NCBI GenBank assembly: GCA_019244185.1
Contig: JAFATB010000024.1
Location: 1 to 47,679 of the forward strand
Origin: Acidobacteriota bacterium
GTDB lineage: Bacteria; Acidobacteriota; Thermoanaerobaculia; Gp7-AA8
Direction: 5' to 3'
DNA length: 47,679 bases
A program made the translations under genes and the position numbers. Positions 8,890 to 21,016 of this stretch are shown here, piece after piece. Under the pieces are notes generated by a model that saw only the letters and a list, made by a program, of their open reading frames with translations, ran no database searches and was not told where the DNA came from. Every line of letters begins with the position of its first letter. The stretch's first letter is position 1.

Positions 8890-10296
8890 ATGGGAGTTCT
8901 TCGCGCGATCGTCGCCGCTACATCGATTCTCATTGCGTCCGTTGCGTTCGGCGACTGTGCGTCGTCGGTACGCGTCCTGGACGTGAACACCGCCACGACG
9001 ACGCTCGCGGCGGGCCCGGTGGCGTTCAGCGGCTCGACCCTCGGCGTGACGTTCATCGACGAGGCGCGGCGCACGCTTTCGGTCGGCATCTACGACGAGG
9101 ATTTCAACACCATCGCCGCGCCGCGCCTGATCGCCGACCGCGCGCCGCTCGGCGCCGTCGCACTGCTCTGGAACGGCACCGACTTCGGCCTCTTCTACCG
9201 CGCCGACGACCGCACGCTCGCGCTGCGCCGCCTCTCCGCGACGGGCGACCCCATCGGCGATCCGATCCTCCTCTCCCTCGGCCGCAGCGTCGTGCCGACC
9301 GACGAGTTGTCGATCGTCTGGAGCCCGACGCTCAACGCGTACATCCTCGCGCGCACCTTCACGCAGGGCGACGGCAAGGACACGGCGGTGCTCTACCTCG
9401 GCCGCGACGGCGCGGTGCAGCGCAGCGTCTCTATCTTCGTCCGCGCGCGGACGCCGGTGTCGCACATGCGCGTCGCGGTGACGGACAGCGGCATCATCGG
9501 CGTCTTCTTCGACAGCCCGAACGGGACGCTCATGTACGCGCGCATCGTCGGCGACGTTCCGACGACGAACGACGTCTGGACGCCCGCCGACAACCTCGTC
9601 GTCGCCGCGAGCGGCGAGCAGTTCGTGCTCGCGCATCTCGATGCGTCGACGTCGCCGACCACCATCCGCCGCATCATCATCGACACGAACGGCAACGTCG
9701 TCAGCCCGGAGAGCCAGCTCGTGGCCATCGAGGGGAGCGACGTCGTGCCGCTCGCGCTCGTGAACGGCCCCGGCGACGAGCTCGCGCTGTCGTACACGGA
9801 CGTCCTCGCCGGCGAAGGCGGCAACAGCCTGCGCCTGCGCCGCTTCACGCGCGGCGGCGCGACGATCAGCGACACGATCTTCGCCGTCGCCGATGCGCTG
9901 CGCGAGCGTGCCTCGTCTTCCTATCCGTTCGTCTGGACGGGACGCTCGTACGTCACCGCCGTCTCTCGCGCGCGTTCCATTGCCTCGCTCAGCGAGACGG
10001 AGCTCGTGCGCTACTGCCCGCTCGTCGCGCATCTCACGACCGCGCGCGCGATCGTGAAGCCGAACGAGTTCGTGACGTTCAACGGCAGCGCCGCCGGCGG
10101 CGGTTCCGCGTACGCGTACTCGTGGGACTTCGGCGACCGCTCCCCGCGCGCGACCGGAACGACCGTGCAGCATCGCTACGAGCACACCGGCCACTACGTC
10201 GTGACGCTCACCGTCACCGACGAAACCGGCACCTCGACGCAGACGACGTTCGCCATCGACGTGAGCCACGGCAAGCAGCGCGCGGTCCGGCGCTGA
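8890..10296 (+). CDS. Secreted protein with C-terminal PKD domain
   Basis: Signal peptide (…SVAFG), beta-rich body, PKD motif YSWDFGD...HRYEHTGHYVVTLTVTD; ends in GKQRAVRR; SD-like GGGGAGG upstream of ATG 8890. Confidence 0.85.
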   Translation: MGVLRAIVAATSILIASVAFGDCASSVRVLDVNTATTTLAAGPVAFSGSTLGVTFIDEARRTLSVGIYDEDFNTIAAPRLIADRAPLGAVALLWNGTDFGLFYRADDRTLALRRLSATGDPIGDPILLSLGRSVVPTDELSIVWSPTLNAYILARTFTQGDGKDTAVLYLGRDGAVQRSVSIFVRARTPVSHMRVAVTDSGIIGVFFDSPNGTLMYARIVGDVPTTNDVWTPADNLVVAASGEQFVLAHLDASTSPTTIRRIIIDTNGNVVSPESQLVAIEGSDVVPLALVNGPGDELALSYTDVLAGEGGNSLRLRRFTRGGATISDTIFAVADALRERASSSYPFVWTGRSYVTAVSRARSIASLSETELVRYCPLVAHLTTARAIVKPNEFVTFNGSAAGGGSAYAYSWDFGDRSPRATGTTVQHRYEHTGHYVVTLTVTDETGTSTQTTFAIDVSHGKQRAVRR

Positions 10297-10306
10297 CGCG
10301 AGGGCG

Positions 10307-13300
10307 TCAGCGTTTCACGAAATCGAGGAAGCGCTCGGCCGGCACCGGCGGCGTGATCAGGAATCCCTGCATCTGATCGCAGCCGTGCTGTTCGAGGAAC
10401 TGCGCCTGCTCGATGTATTCGACGCCTTCGGCGATCACCTTCAGCCGCAGGCTGTGGGCCATGGCGATGATCGCGGTGACGATCGCCGCGGTGTCGGGAT
10501 CGGACGTGATGTCGTGCACGAACGACTGATCGATCTTCAGCGTATCGATCGGGAAGCGCTTGAGGTAACTGAGCGACGAATGGCCGGTGCCGAAGTCGTC
10601 GAGCGAGATGCGCAGGCCGAGCTTCTTGAGCTCGTACAGCGTCCGCGCCGAGGACTCGGGACTCTGCATCGCGCTGCTCTCGGTGATCTCGAGCTCGAGT
10701 AAATCGGGACGCAGCTGCGTCTCCTCGAGAATCGCGCGCACGCGCTCGACGAGATCGATCTGCTGGAGTTGCGTGACCGAGAGGTTCACGGCCAGCGAGA
10801 GCTCGTGATGTCCCGCGTCGTGCCACGCCTTCGCCTGCAGACACGCCTCGCGCAGCGCCCATGTGCCGATCGGCGTCATCACGCCGGTCGCTTCGGCGAG
10901 CGGGATGAAGGTCGCCGGCGGGATGTTGCCCATCGACGGATGCGACCAGCGCAGCAGCGCTTCCATGCCGGTGATGCGGCCGGTGCGCATGTCGACGATC
11001 GGCTGGTAATGCACCGCGAGCTCGTCGTTCGTCAGCACCTTGCGCAGCCCGTGCTCGAGGGCGATGCGCTGCAGCGCCTTCGCGTTCACGTGCGCGTTGA
11101 AGAGCTGGTAGTTGTCACGGCCGAGCTCTTTGGCCTGATACATCGCCGTGTCGGCGTTCTTGATGAGCGTCTCGGCGTCGGTGCCGTCCTCGGGGAAGAG
11201 GCTGATGCCGATGCTCGTGGTGATGAAGAACTCGCGTCCTTCGATGTGGAACGGATGGCGGATCGCTTCCGTGATCTTGCTCGCGACCGGCACCGCATCA
11301 TCCGAGCGATGGAGCCGCGGCAGGAGCACCGTGAACTCGTCGCCGCCGAGGCGCGCGACCGTGTCGCTGTCGCGCACGCAGGCCTGCACGCGCGCGGCGA
11401 CCGCCTGCAGGAGCGAGTCGCCGATGTTGTGGCCGAGGGAGTCGTTGATCACCTTGAAGCGATCGAGATCGAGGAACAACACCGCGAGGCGGAGGTCGTC
11501 GCGATGCGCGTGCGACAGCGCGACCGTGAGCCGGTCCTTGAACAGCAATCGATTGGGCAAATTCGTGAGCGCGTCGTGATACGCGAGGTGCTTGATCTGC
11601 TCCTCGGCATACGTGCGCTCGGTGATGTCACGCACGACGCACACCATGCCACCGCCGGCAATCGCGGTGAGCGAGATCTCCTGCGGGAAGCTGCTGCCGT
11701 CGCGGCGCAGTCCCGTGGCTTCGCCGCGCCAGCGTCCGCGCTGCTGCACGAGCGGCACGATGGTCGTGATGAGCCGCACCTGTTCGTGCGGCTCGTACAG
11801 ATCGCACACCGAGCGGCCGAGGACCGCGTGCGGTGACGGATAGCCGAAGAGCTTCGCCAGCGAGTCGTTGACGTACGTGAACTCGAGGCGCTCGTCGAGG
11901 ATGCCGATGCCGTCCATCGACGCCGTCATGGCCGCGGTCTGCTTGCGCAGCGCGGTGATGTCGGTGCCGACGTGGAGGAAGCCGCTGATCGCGCCGTGCT
12001 CGCCGCGCAGCGCGGTCACGGAAACGGCGACGGTGATCTTCTCGCCGTTCTTGCGCGCGTAGGTCCACTCGTATTCGCTGCCGTCGTCGACGTGCTCCGG
12101 CTTGCCGTCCGCGTGCAACTCGTACAGCGAGCGTTTGCCGATCAGCTCTTCGGCGGTGTAGCCGAGCATGCGCTCCGCGCCGGAGTTGAAGACGGTGATC
12201 GTGCCGCGCGCGTCGGTGGCGATGATCGAGACGCGCGTGGCGGCGTCGAGCACGGCTTTCCGCTGCGCGTTCGCGGCCGTCACCGACTCCTCGGCGCGCT
12301 TCCGCTCGGTGACGTCGTAGACGAAGCCCTCGAAGTACATCGCGCCGTGCGAGGAGCGGATCGAGTGCGCGTTGAGCTGCACCCAGATCGGCGTGCCGTC
12401 CTTGCGCTTCCAGCGCAGCTCGACGTTGTTCGCGTAGCCGAACGGCTCGAAGCGGCGGATCAGCTCATCGCGCTGGTGGTCGTCGAGGTAGACGTCGCGC
12501 TGCATGTTGCGCGTCAGCAGTTCCTCGACCGAGTCGTAGCCGAGCATCTTGGCGAGGGTCAGGTTCGCGGCGACGAAGCGGCCGTCGCGCGTCGACTGAT
12601 AGATGCCGACCGGCGCGTAGTCGAAGATGACGCGGTACTTTTCTTCCGACTGCTGTAGCGCAAGCTCGGCGCGGCGGCGCTCGGTGATGTCGTGCACGAT
12701 CGAGTAGAGCAGGCGCCGGCCGCCGGTCTCGATCGGTCCGGAGTGGACCTCGACGTCGCGGATCTCGCCGTTCGCGCGCATGTGGCGGAAGAGGAAGTAG
12801 CTGCGCTCCTGCGCGCTGGCGTGCGTGAGGTCTTCGCGCACGTGCTCGGCGCCGCGGACGTTGATGTCCCAGATGCGCATGGCGCGCAGCTCGTCGCGCG
12901 TGTAGCCGTAGTAGTCGCACGCGGCCATGTTCGCGTCGACAATCGTGCCGTTCTCCGGATCGATGAGGAGCTTCACGGCGCGGTTGTTCTCGAACATCTG
13001 CCGGTAGCGGCGCTCGTTCTCGCGCAGCGCGTCTTCCTTGCGCTTGTGCTCGATCGCGGAGGCGACGTGCTGCGCGACGAAGACCAGCACGCCGAGCTCT
13101 TTCTCGCTGTAGCGCGTCGACTCGCGATAGGTCTGCGTGCCGATGACGCCCCAGGTCGTGTCGCCGGTCTTCAGCGGCGCGCCGAGCCAGTCGACGGACG
13201 GCGCGCCGATCGACTCGACCTCGCCGCTGGCGACGAGCTCTTCGAAGCGATCCGGCGTGGCGAGCAGCGGCTTGCCGGTGCGCAGGACGTACGCGGTGAG

Positions 13301-14014
13301 GCCGCGGCCGGGATTCGTGAATGCGGCTGGCTCGCGGTCGATCTCGTCGACGAAGTAGGGGAAGGTGAGGCGGTCGGTGGCGGCGTCGTATTCGGCGATG
13401 TAGAAGTTCGTCGCGTCCATCAGCTCGCCGACGATGGCGTGCAGCGCGGCGTAGAACGTCTCGAGGTTCTCCGCCTCGCGGCTCAGCTGCGCGATTCGGA
13501 AGAGCGCCGACTGCAGGCGCTCCGCGTTGACGCTCTCGGTGATGTCGCGGAAGTACCACGAGCGTCCGCGGACTTGGCCGTCGACGATGATCGGCTGCGA
13601 CGCGCGCGAGAGCGTGCGGCCGTCCTTGAGGCGGACCGTATCGGACGTGCGCACTTCATCGGGATGCTCGTAGAGATGATTCACGAGCTCGATGAACGTG
13701 TCCCAGTCTTCGACCGAATCGGCCGCGAAGCCCAGGAGCTCGTTGTCGTCCGCGGTGGCGGCGACGTCCTGCGGGATGCGCCAGATCTCGAGGAAGCGGC
13801 GGTTGTACGAGAGGACGTTGCCCTGCAGGTCGACCACGAGCGTCCCTTCGAACGTCGCCTCCTGCTGCGCCTTGAGGATGGCCACGGACGTGCGCAGCGC
13901 GTCGCGCGAGCCGTTGCGGCCGTGGCGGAGCAGGCGCGTCAGCGCTCGTTTAGCCCGGCCGAATCGTGAAACGCGCGCTTCGGCGGGCGCGGAAAGGTCC
14001 GACGGGATCGTCAT
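10307..14014 (-). CDS. Multi-PAS/GAF diguanylate cyclase/phosphodiesterase (GGDEF-EAL)
   Basis: PAS, GAF (WLGAPL), further PAS repeats (DITERRR/DVTERKR), ARLGGDEF, MEALLRW, DDFGTG. Confidence 0.96.
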   Translation of the reverse strand: MTIPSDLSAPAEARVSRFGRAKRALTRLLRHGRNGSRDALRTSVAILKAQQEATFEGTLVVDLQGNVLSYNRRFLEIWRIPQDVAATADDNELLGFAADSVEDWDTFIELVNHLYEHPDEVRTSDTVRLKDGRTLSRASQPIIVDGQVRGRSWYFRDITESVNAERLQSALFRIAQLSREAENLETFYAALHAIVGELMDATNFYIAEYDAATDRLTFPYFVDEIDREPAAFTNPGRGLTAYVLRTGKPLLATPDRFEELVASGEVESIGAPSVDWLGAPLKTGDTTWGVIGTQTYRESTRYSEKELGVLVFVAQHVASAIEHKRKEDALRENERRYRQMFENNRAVKLLIDPENGTIVDANMAACDYYGYTRDELRAMRIWDINVRGAEHVREDLTHASAQERSYFLFRHMRANGEIRDVEVHSGPIETGGRRLLYSIVHDITERRRAELALQQSEEKYRVIFDYAPVGIYQSTRDGRFVAANLTLAKMLGYDSVEELLTRNMQRDVYLDDHQRDELIRRFEPFGYANNVELRWKRKDGTPIWVQLNAHSIRSSHGAMYFEGFVYDVTERKRAEESVTAANAQRKAVLDAATRVSIIATDARGTITVFNSGAERMLGYTAEELIGKRSLYELHADGKPEHVDDGSEYEWTYARKNGEKITVAVSVTALRGEHGAISGFLHVGTDITALRKQTAAMTASMDGIGILDERLEFTYVNDSLAKLFGYPSPHAVLGRSVCDLYEPHEQVRLITTIVPLVQQRGRWRGEATGLRRDGSSFPQEISLTAIAGGGMVCVVRDITERTYAEEQIKHLAYHDALTNLPNRLLFKDRLTVALSHAHRDDLRLAVLFLDLDRFKVINDSLGHNIGDSLLQAVAARVQACVRDSDTVARLGGDEFTVLLPRLHRSDDAVPVASKITEAIRHPFHIEGREFFITTSIGISLFPEDGTDAETLIKNADTAMYQAKELGRDNYQLFNAHVNAKALQRIALEHGLRKVLTNDELAVHYQPIVDMRTGRITGMEALLRWSHPSMGNIPPATFIPLAEATGVMTPIGTWALREACLQAKAWHDAGHHELSLAVNLSVTQLQQIDLVERVRAILEETQLRPDLLELEITESSAMQSPESSARTLYELKKLGLRISLDDFGTGHSSLSYLKRFPIDTLKIDQSFVHDITSDPDTAAIVTAIIAMAHSLRLKVIAEGVEYIEQAQFLEQHGCDQMQGFLITPPVPAERFLDFVKR

Positions 14015-14047
14015 GTGACGTGGCGAGAGCGATTTTAGTCGAGCCGC

Positions 14048-14716
14048 TCAGTCTCCGGGGATGCCATGTTTCCGGAAGTACTGCCAGCGTTCGTAGGCCG
14101 CGTAGACGAGCCAGCCGACGAACAGCGCGATGAAGACGTCGCGCGTGAGCAGCCCCCACACGACGACGCCGATGCCGACGATCAGTCCGACCCACGTGGC
14201 GATGACGAACGAGAGGCGCTCGCTGAGAAAGATGCGGAAGAACTCGCGCGTGGCGTGACCGCCGTCGAGCGGCGAGAGCGGGATGAGGTTGAACATCCCC
14301 CAGAAGTAGTTCGCCGCCGCCATGCGCGGCACGAGCGCGTTCAGCATCGGATCGCGATAGACGGCGATGTAGTGGCCCATCGCGTAGAGCGACATCCCCA
14401 TCAGCGCGAAGCTCGACAGCGGACCGGCGAGGCTGATGAGCAAGTCCTGCCACGGCCGCGCGTCGCGCCGGTTCATGGTCACGCCGCCCATGCCGCCGAG
14501 CACGATCTGGCTCGAGCCGAAGCCGAGGATCGCGATCATCGCCGCGTGCGCGAGCTCGTGAATGAGCACGCTCGCGAACACGACCGGAATCCACACCAGC
14601 GCGTACTGAATCCCCTGATTCGCGTCGTAGTTCATAGCCACGAAAAAGACGCAGAGGATCAGGAACGAAACGTCGACGTCGAGAGAGGTGTCTCCGATGG
14701 AGCCGAGGTGGAGCAT
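14048..14716 (-). CDS. Site-2 protease (peptidase M50)
   Basis: HELAH zinc motif, LAGP, NLIPLSPLDGG, multiple TM segments. Confidence 0.93.
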   Translation of the reverse strand: MLHLGSIGDTSLDVDVSFLILCVFFVAMNYDANQGIQYALVWIPVVFASVLIHELAHAAMIAILGFGSSQIVLGGMGGVTMNRRDARPWQDLLISLAGPLSSFALMGMSLYAMGHYIAVYRDPMLNALVPRMAAANYFWGMFNLIPLSPLDGGHATREFFRIFLSERLSFVIATWVGLIVGIGVVVWGLLTRDVFIALFVGWLVYAAYERWQYFRKHGIPGD

Positions 14717-14735
14717 TTGGCGAGGGGGAGTATAG

Positions 14736-14851
14736 AAGCTGAATGAAGAACGCAGAACGCAGAATGAAGAATTGAGAAAAAGAAGCGCTGCGCTCCCGCG
14801 CGGCGCCGGTCCCTTTTCTTCATTCTACGTTCTGCGTTCTGCGTTCTTCAT

Positions 14852-14858
<7 letters not shown>
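14736..14858. repeat. Inverted repeat built from heptamer tandem repeats (GAATGAA/GAACGCA)
   Basis: Left arm aagct-gaatgaa-gaacgca-gaacgca-gaatgaa-gaa (14736-14771). The right arm (14816-14858) is its reverse complement plus one extra unit (gaacgta). Confidence 0.9.
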
Positions 14859-16834
<1,976 letters not shown>

Positions 16835-16859
16835 CGGGATGCGCTGATTATAAGAACGA

Positions 16860-18512
16860 TTACGCGAAGGATTCCCACGGCGCGGGCCGCGCCAGCAGGT
16901 ATCCCTGACCTTCCTGGATGCCGAGGTCGCGGCAGACGCGCAGCTGCTCCTCGGTCTCGATGGCCTCGGCAATCGTCCTCGCGCCGATCGTGTCCGCCGC
17001 GCGCGCGACGAGCTCGACGAGCCGCCGCCGGATCGGATCCGACTCGACGCCGTGCAGCAGCGAATGCCCGACCTTCAGGTAATCGGGCTTCAGTTCCGCG
17101 ACGGCTTCGAGCGTCGCGTAGCCGGATCCGCAGTCGTCGATGGCGATGCGGAAGCCGAGCTGCTTGAGCTGATGCAGCGCGCCGCGGAACGTGCGGTAGT
17201 CGCGGATCGCGCTGCGCTCCGTCACCTCGATGACGATGCTCTGGTTGCAGCGCACGAACGGCTCGAAGATGTCCGTGCCGCGCTGCTGCAACTGCTGGAT
17301 GAAGTGCGACTCGAGATTGAAGAACAGATACCCGCGCGCGCACACCTCGGCCAGCGTCGGGCCGATGTTGTCGATGCAGAGCGCCTCGAGATCCCACACG
17401 AGATCGAAGTCGCGCGCGAGCTCGAACATCACTTCCGGGTTCTCGAGCTCCGAGCCCGCCGGTCCGCGCGAGAGCGCCTCGTAGCCGACGACGGCGAGCG
17501 TCTGCAGATTCACCACCGGCTGAAAGACGGTCGTGAGCAGGCCGTCCTGGACCGTGCGCACGAGCCGCTCGCGCATGGCCTGGTAGTAGCGCGTCTCGCG
17601 GCGCTCGGCGACGTCCTTCGCCTCGCGCACGGCGTTGTAGAGGATGCGCGGCGCGAACAGCGGCTGCCGCTGCGTCGCGGATCCACCGGCGAAGACGACC
17701 ACCTCGTCGATGAGCGACGGATGCGCGTCGATGCCGCGCAGCGCGCCGCGCATGCTGCGCTCGAGCTCGCGCGCGGTCTGCGCGACCGGCGCGCCGTTGT
17801 CGTGCGCGAAGCAGTAGAAATCGTTCGCGCCGGAATGGCTCGTGCCGATGATGACGTCGTTGCCGAGGAGCGGCGCGGCCACGATGCGCAACGCGCGCAC
17901 GAACTCGCGGCGCAACGCGTCGAACGACTCCCACAGATCGCGCTCGCCGATGCGGAAGAGCGGCTCGATCTCGAGACAGAACACCTGCAGCGTCTGCCCG
18001 TCCTCGATCATGCGGCGCAGATCGTCGACCACGACGGCGAGCGTCGGCACGTCGGTGGTCGGATCGTAGAAGAGCTCGCGCAGCCGCGAGACCTGTTCCT
18101 GATGCAGCGTGAGCGACCACCAGATGCCGTCTCGCACGGCGAGCATCTCGTTCACGACGCGGCGCAGCGTCTCGACGCGCACGGGCTTCACGAGATAGCG
18201 GTCCGCGCCCATGCGCAGCGAGCGCTGGCGGTTCATCGTGTCGGCGGCGCCGGTGAGCATCACGACGGGCACGTGCTCGGTGGCGGCGTTCGCGCGGAGG
18301 AAGCGCAGGAAGTCCCAGCCGCTGTCGACGCCGAGGTCGATGTCGACGAGCGCGAGGTCGGGAGGATCGGCGGTGGCGGCGGTGATGGCCGCGGCGACGC
18401 GGTCGAAGACGCGCACGTCGTACTGCGGATCGGCGAGCGCTGCGCGAACGAACGCATCGACCGACTGGTCGTCGTCGAGCACGAGGATTCCCGCCTGTCC
18501 ACTTCGCGCCAT
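16860..18512 (-). CDS. Response regulator with degenerate GGDEF-like domain and EAL domain
   Basis: ILVLDDD receiver, middle domain with SGANDF where GGDEF is expected, YEALSR, IEVTE, DDCGSG, AEAIE. Confidence 0.9.
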   Translation of the reverse strand: MARSGQAGILVLDDDQSVDAFVRAALADPQYDVRVFDRVAAAITAATADPPDLALVDIDLGVDSGWDFLRFLRANAATEHVPVVMLTGAADTMNRQRSLRMGADRYLVKPVRVETLRRVVNEMLAVRDGIWWSLTLHQEQVSRLRELFYDPTTDVPTLAVVVDDLRRMIEDGQTLQVFCLEIEPLFRIGERDLWESFDALRREFVRALRIVAAPLLGNDVIIGTSHSGANDFYCFAHDNGAPVAQTARELERSMRGALRGIDAHPSLIDEVVVFAGGSATQRQPLFAPRILYNAVREAKDVAERRETRYYQAMRERLVRTVQDGLLTTVFQPVVNLQTLAVVGYEALSRGPAGSELENPEVMFELARDFDLVWDLEALCIDNIGPTLAEVCARGYLFFNLESHFIQQLQQRGTDIFEPFVRCNQSIVIEVTERSAIRDYRTFRGALHQLKQLGFRIAIDDCGSGYATLEAVAELKPDYLKVGHSLLHGVESDPIRRRLVELVARAADTIGARTIAEAIETEEQLRVCRDLGIQEGQGYLLARPAPWESFA

Positions 18513-18566
18513 TGCACTGCGCGCCGTGATGCTCTGCGCCGCGCGGGCAGTATCCTACCGCGCGTC

Positions 18567-19685
18567 ATGCGATTCGAAACCATGCTCGTTCACGCGGGAG
18601 GCCACGTCGACGAAGAGACCGGCGCGCTCGCGCCGCCGATTCATCTCTCGACGACGTTCGAGCGCGATGTGGAAGGCGGCCCGTCGCGCGGCTTCAGCTA
18701 CGTCCGCGACGGCAATCCGACGCAGGCGCGGCTGGAAGAAGCGCTCGCCGCGATCGACGAGGGCGCAGCCTCGCTCGCGTTCGCCTCGGGCATGGCCGCC
18801 GGCGCGGCGTTGCTGCAGGCGCTGCCGCACGGCACGCACGTCGTGCTGCCGGACGACTGCTACTACGGGTTTCGCGCGCTGGCCGAGGAATCGTTCGCGA
18901 AGTGGGGACTGACATCGGCCGTCGTGGCGATGGAGGATCTCGACGCGGTGCGCGCGGCGATGCGCGGCGACGCGAACGTGCTGTGGGCGGAGTCGCCGTC
19001 GAATCCGCTGATGAAGATCGTCGACCTCGCCGCGCTCGCGGAGCTCGCGCATGCACGCGGCGCGCGCCTTGTCGTCGACGGCACGTTCGCAACGCCGGCG
19101 CTGCAGCGTCCGCTCGCACTCGGCGCCGACGTCGTGCTGCACTCAACGACGAAGTACCTCGGCGGCCACAGCGACGTGCAGGGCGGGGCGCTCGTCTTCG
19201 CGAAACACGATGCGCTGTACGCGGTGACCGAGCGCGTGCGCGAGCTCGTCGGCGGCGTGGCGTCGCCGTTCAACGCGTGGCTGATTTTGCGAGGACTGCG
19301 CACGCTCGCCGCGCGCATGCGCGTGCACAGCGAGAACGCCGCCGCGGTCGCGGAGTTCCTCGCCGCACAGCCGCGGGTCGAAGCCGTGTTCTATCCCGGA
19401 CTCGCATCGCATCCGCGACACGACGTCGCGCGAAAGCAGATGTCGGCGTTCGGCGGCATGCTGTCGTTCCTCGTGCGCGGCGGCCGCTCCGAGGCGCTCG
19501 CCGTCGCCGCAAAGACGCGCCTCTTCACGCGCGCGACGTCGCTGGGCGGCGTCGAGAGTCTCATCGAACACCGCGCGTCGAGCGAAGGTCCCGCGAGCCG
19601 CACGCCGCAGAACCTGCTGCGCGTCTCCGTCGGCCTCGAGCATCCGCAGGACCTCGTTGACGACCTGCGAAACGCGCTGTCATAA
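18567..19685 (+). CDS. metB: Cys/Met metabolism PLP-dependent enzyme (cystathionine gamma-synthase/lyase family)
   Basis: YVRDGNPT, FASGMAA, ESPSNP, PLP lysine in HSTTKYLGGHSD, SLGGVESL, RVSVGLE; exact family member uncertain. Confidence 0.85.
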   Translation: MRFETMLVHAGGHVDEETGALAPPIHLSTTFERDVEGGPSRGFSYVRDGNPTQARLEEALAAIDEGAASLAFASGMAAGAALLQALPHGTHVVLPDDCYYGFRALAEESFAKWGLTSAVVAMEDLDAVRAAMRGDANVLWAESPSNPLMKIVDLAALAELAHARGARLVVDGTFATPALQRPLALGADVVLHSTTKYLGGHSDVQGGALVFAKHDALYAVTERVRELVGGVASPFNAWLILRGLRTLAARMRVHSENAAAVAEFLAAQPRVEAVFYPGLASHPRHDVARKQMSAFGGMLSFLVRGGRSEALAVAAKTRLFTRATSLGGVESLIEHRASSEGPASRTPQNLLRVSVGLEHPQDLVDDLRNALS

Positions 19686-19697
19686 AATCGGCGGGCC

Positions 19698-19988
19698 ATG
19701 AAGAACTTCGAGATCACCTGTCCCTGTTGCGAGGCGACGCTCGTCATCGACCGCGTGAGCGGCGAGGTGCTGCTGCACAAGGCGAAGGAGACGCGCGGCC
19801 CCGGCGGCTCGCTCGAATCGATGGTGGCCGGCCTCGAGACGCAGAAGACCGAGGCGGCGAAGCGCTTCGACCGCCAGCTGGAGAGCCAGAAGGATCGCGC
19901 GCGCATCCTCGAGGAGAAGTTCCGCGAGGCGCTGCAGCGCGCCGAGAAGTCGGACGAGAAGTTCGTCAATCCGATGGACTTGGATTGA
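19698..19988 (+). CDS. Small hypothetical protein (CPCC zinc-knuckle plus coiled coil)
   Basis: ITCPCCEATL followed by a charged helical region; typical codon usage; co-oriented between metB-like gene and speB. Confidence 0.8.
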   Translation: MKNFEITCPCCEATLVIDRVSGEVLLHKAKETRGPGGSLESMVAGLETQKTEAAKRFDRQLESQKDRARILEEKFREALQRAEKSDEKFVNPMDLD

Positions 19989-19993
19989 TATCC

Positions 19994-21016
19994 ATGCTTC
20001 CCGTGAACTTCGATCCCGATGCCGCGGCGGCCGGCGCGAGCGGCATCTACGGCCTCCCGTTCACGCCCGAGGACTCGCGCGTCGTCATCGTGCCCGTGCC
20101 GTTCGAAGCTACGACGTCGTACGGCGGCGGCACGTCCGAAGGTCCGGCCGCGGTGCTCGAAGCGTCGAAGCAGGTCGACCTCTTCGATCACGAGACCGGA
20201 CGCCCGTACGCGGCCGGCATCGCCATGCTCGACATCCCGAAGAAGGTCGCGAAGTGGAACCGCGACGCGAAAGAGCTCGCGAAGCCGGTGATCGAGAAAG
20301 GCGGCGCCGTCGACCGCCGTACGCGCGCGGCTGCGGAGAAAGTGAACGCCATCAGCGAGCGGATGAACGCGTGGGTGTACGACGAGACGCGCGCGCTGCT
20401 CGACGCGAACAAGATGGCGGTCACGCTCGGCGGCGATCACTCCGTGCCGTTCGGCGCGATCCGGGCGTACGCGGAAACCTATCCGAACCTCGGCATCCTC
20501 CACTTCGACGCGCACGCCGATCTCCGCGACGCGTACGAGGGCTTCACCTGGTCGCACGCGTCGATCTTCCACAACGTCATGACGCGCATCGACGGCGTGC
20601 GCCTCGTGCAGGTCGGCGTCCGCGACCTCGGCCAGAGCGAGCGCGCGATGATCGACGGCTCCGGCGGACGGATCACGACGTTCTACGACGCCGACCTCGC
20701 CGCGCGCAAAGACGAAGGTGTGCCGTTCGCGCAGATCGCCGACGAGATCGTGGCCGCGCTGCCCAACGACGTCTATCTCTCGTGGGACATCGACGGCCTC
20801 GATCCGACGCTCTGTCCCGGCACCGGCACGCCCGTTCCCGGCGGCCTCTCGTGGAACGAGGCGATCGGCCTGCTGCGCGCGATCCGCCGCGCGAAGAAGC
20901 GCATCGTCGGACTCGATCTCTGCGAGGTCTCGCCGGGCGAGACGGAGTGGGACGCGAACGTCGGCGCGCGGCTGCTCTACAAGATGATCGGCTTCGCGCT
21001 ACTGACGCAGGCGTGA
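19994..21016 (+). CDS. speB: Agmatinase (ureohydrolase family)
   Basis: GGDHS, DAHAD, SWDIDGLDP, PGTGTPVPGG motifs. Confidence 0.92.
   Translation: MLPVNFDPDAAAAGASGIYGLPFTPEDSRVVIVPVPFEATTSYGGGTSEGPAAVLEASKQVDLFDHETGRPYAAGIAMLDIPKKVAKWNRDAKELAKPVIEKGGAVDRRTRAAAEKVNAISERMNAWVYDETRALLDANKMAVTLGGDHSVPFGAIRAYAETYPNLGILHFDAHADLRDAYEGFTWSHASIFHNVMTRIDGVRLVQVGVRDLGQSERAMIDGSGGRITTFYDADLAARKDEGVPFAQIADEIVAALPNDVYLSWDIDGLDPTLCPGTGTPVPGGLSWNEAIGLLRAIRRAKKRIVGLDLCEVSPGETEWDANVGARLLYKMIGFALLTQA

Noticed and set aside
17052-18566. Long N-terminal extensions in the ORF track (metB-like 877 aa; also 20999-22759, 26400-28436, 34307-35908, 41465-43819)
   Set aside because: The extensions overlap other real genes, and homology begins at internal starts, so these are not fusions.
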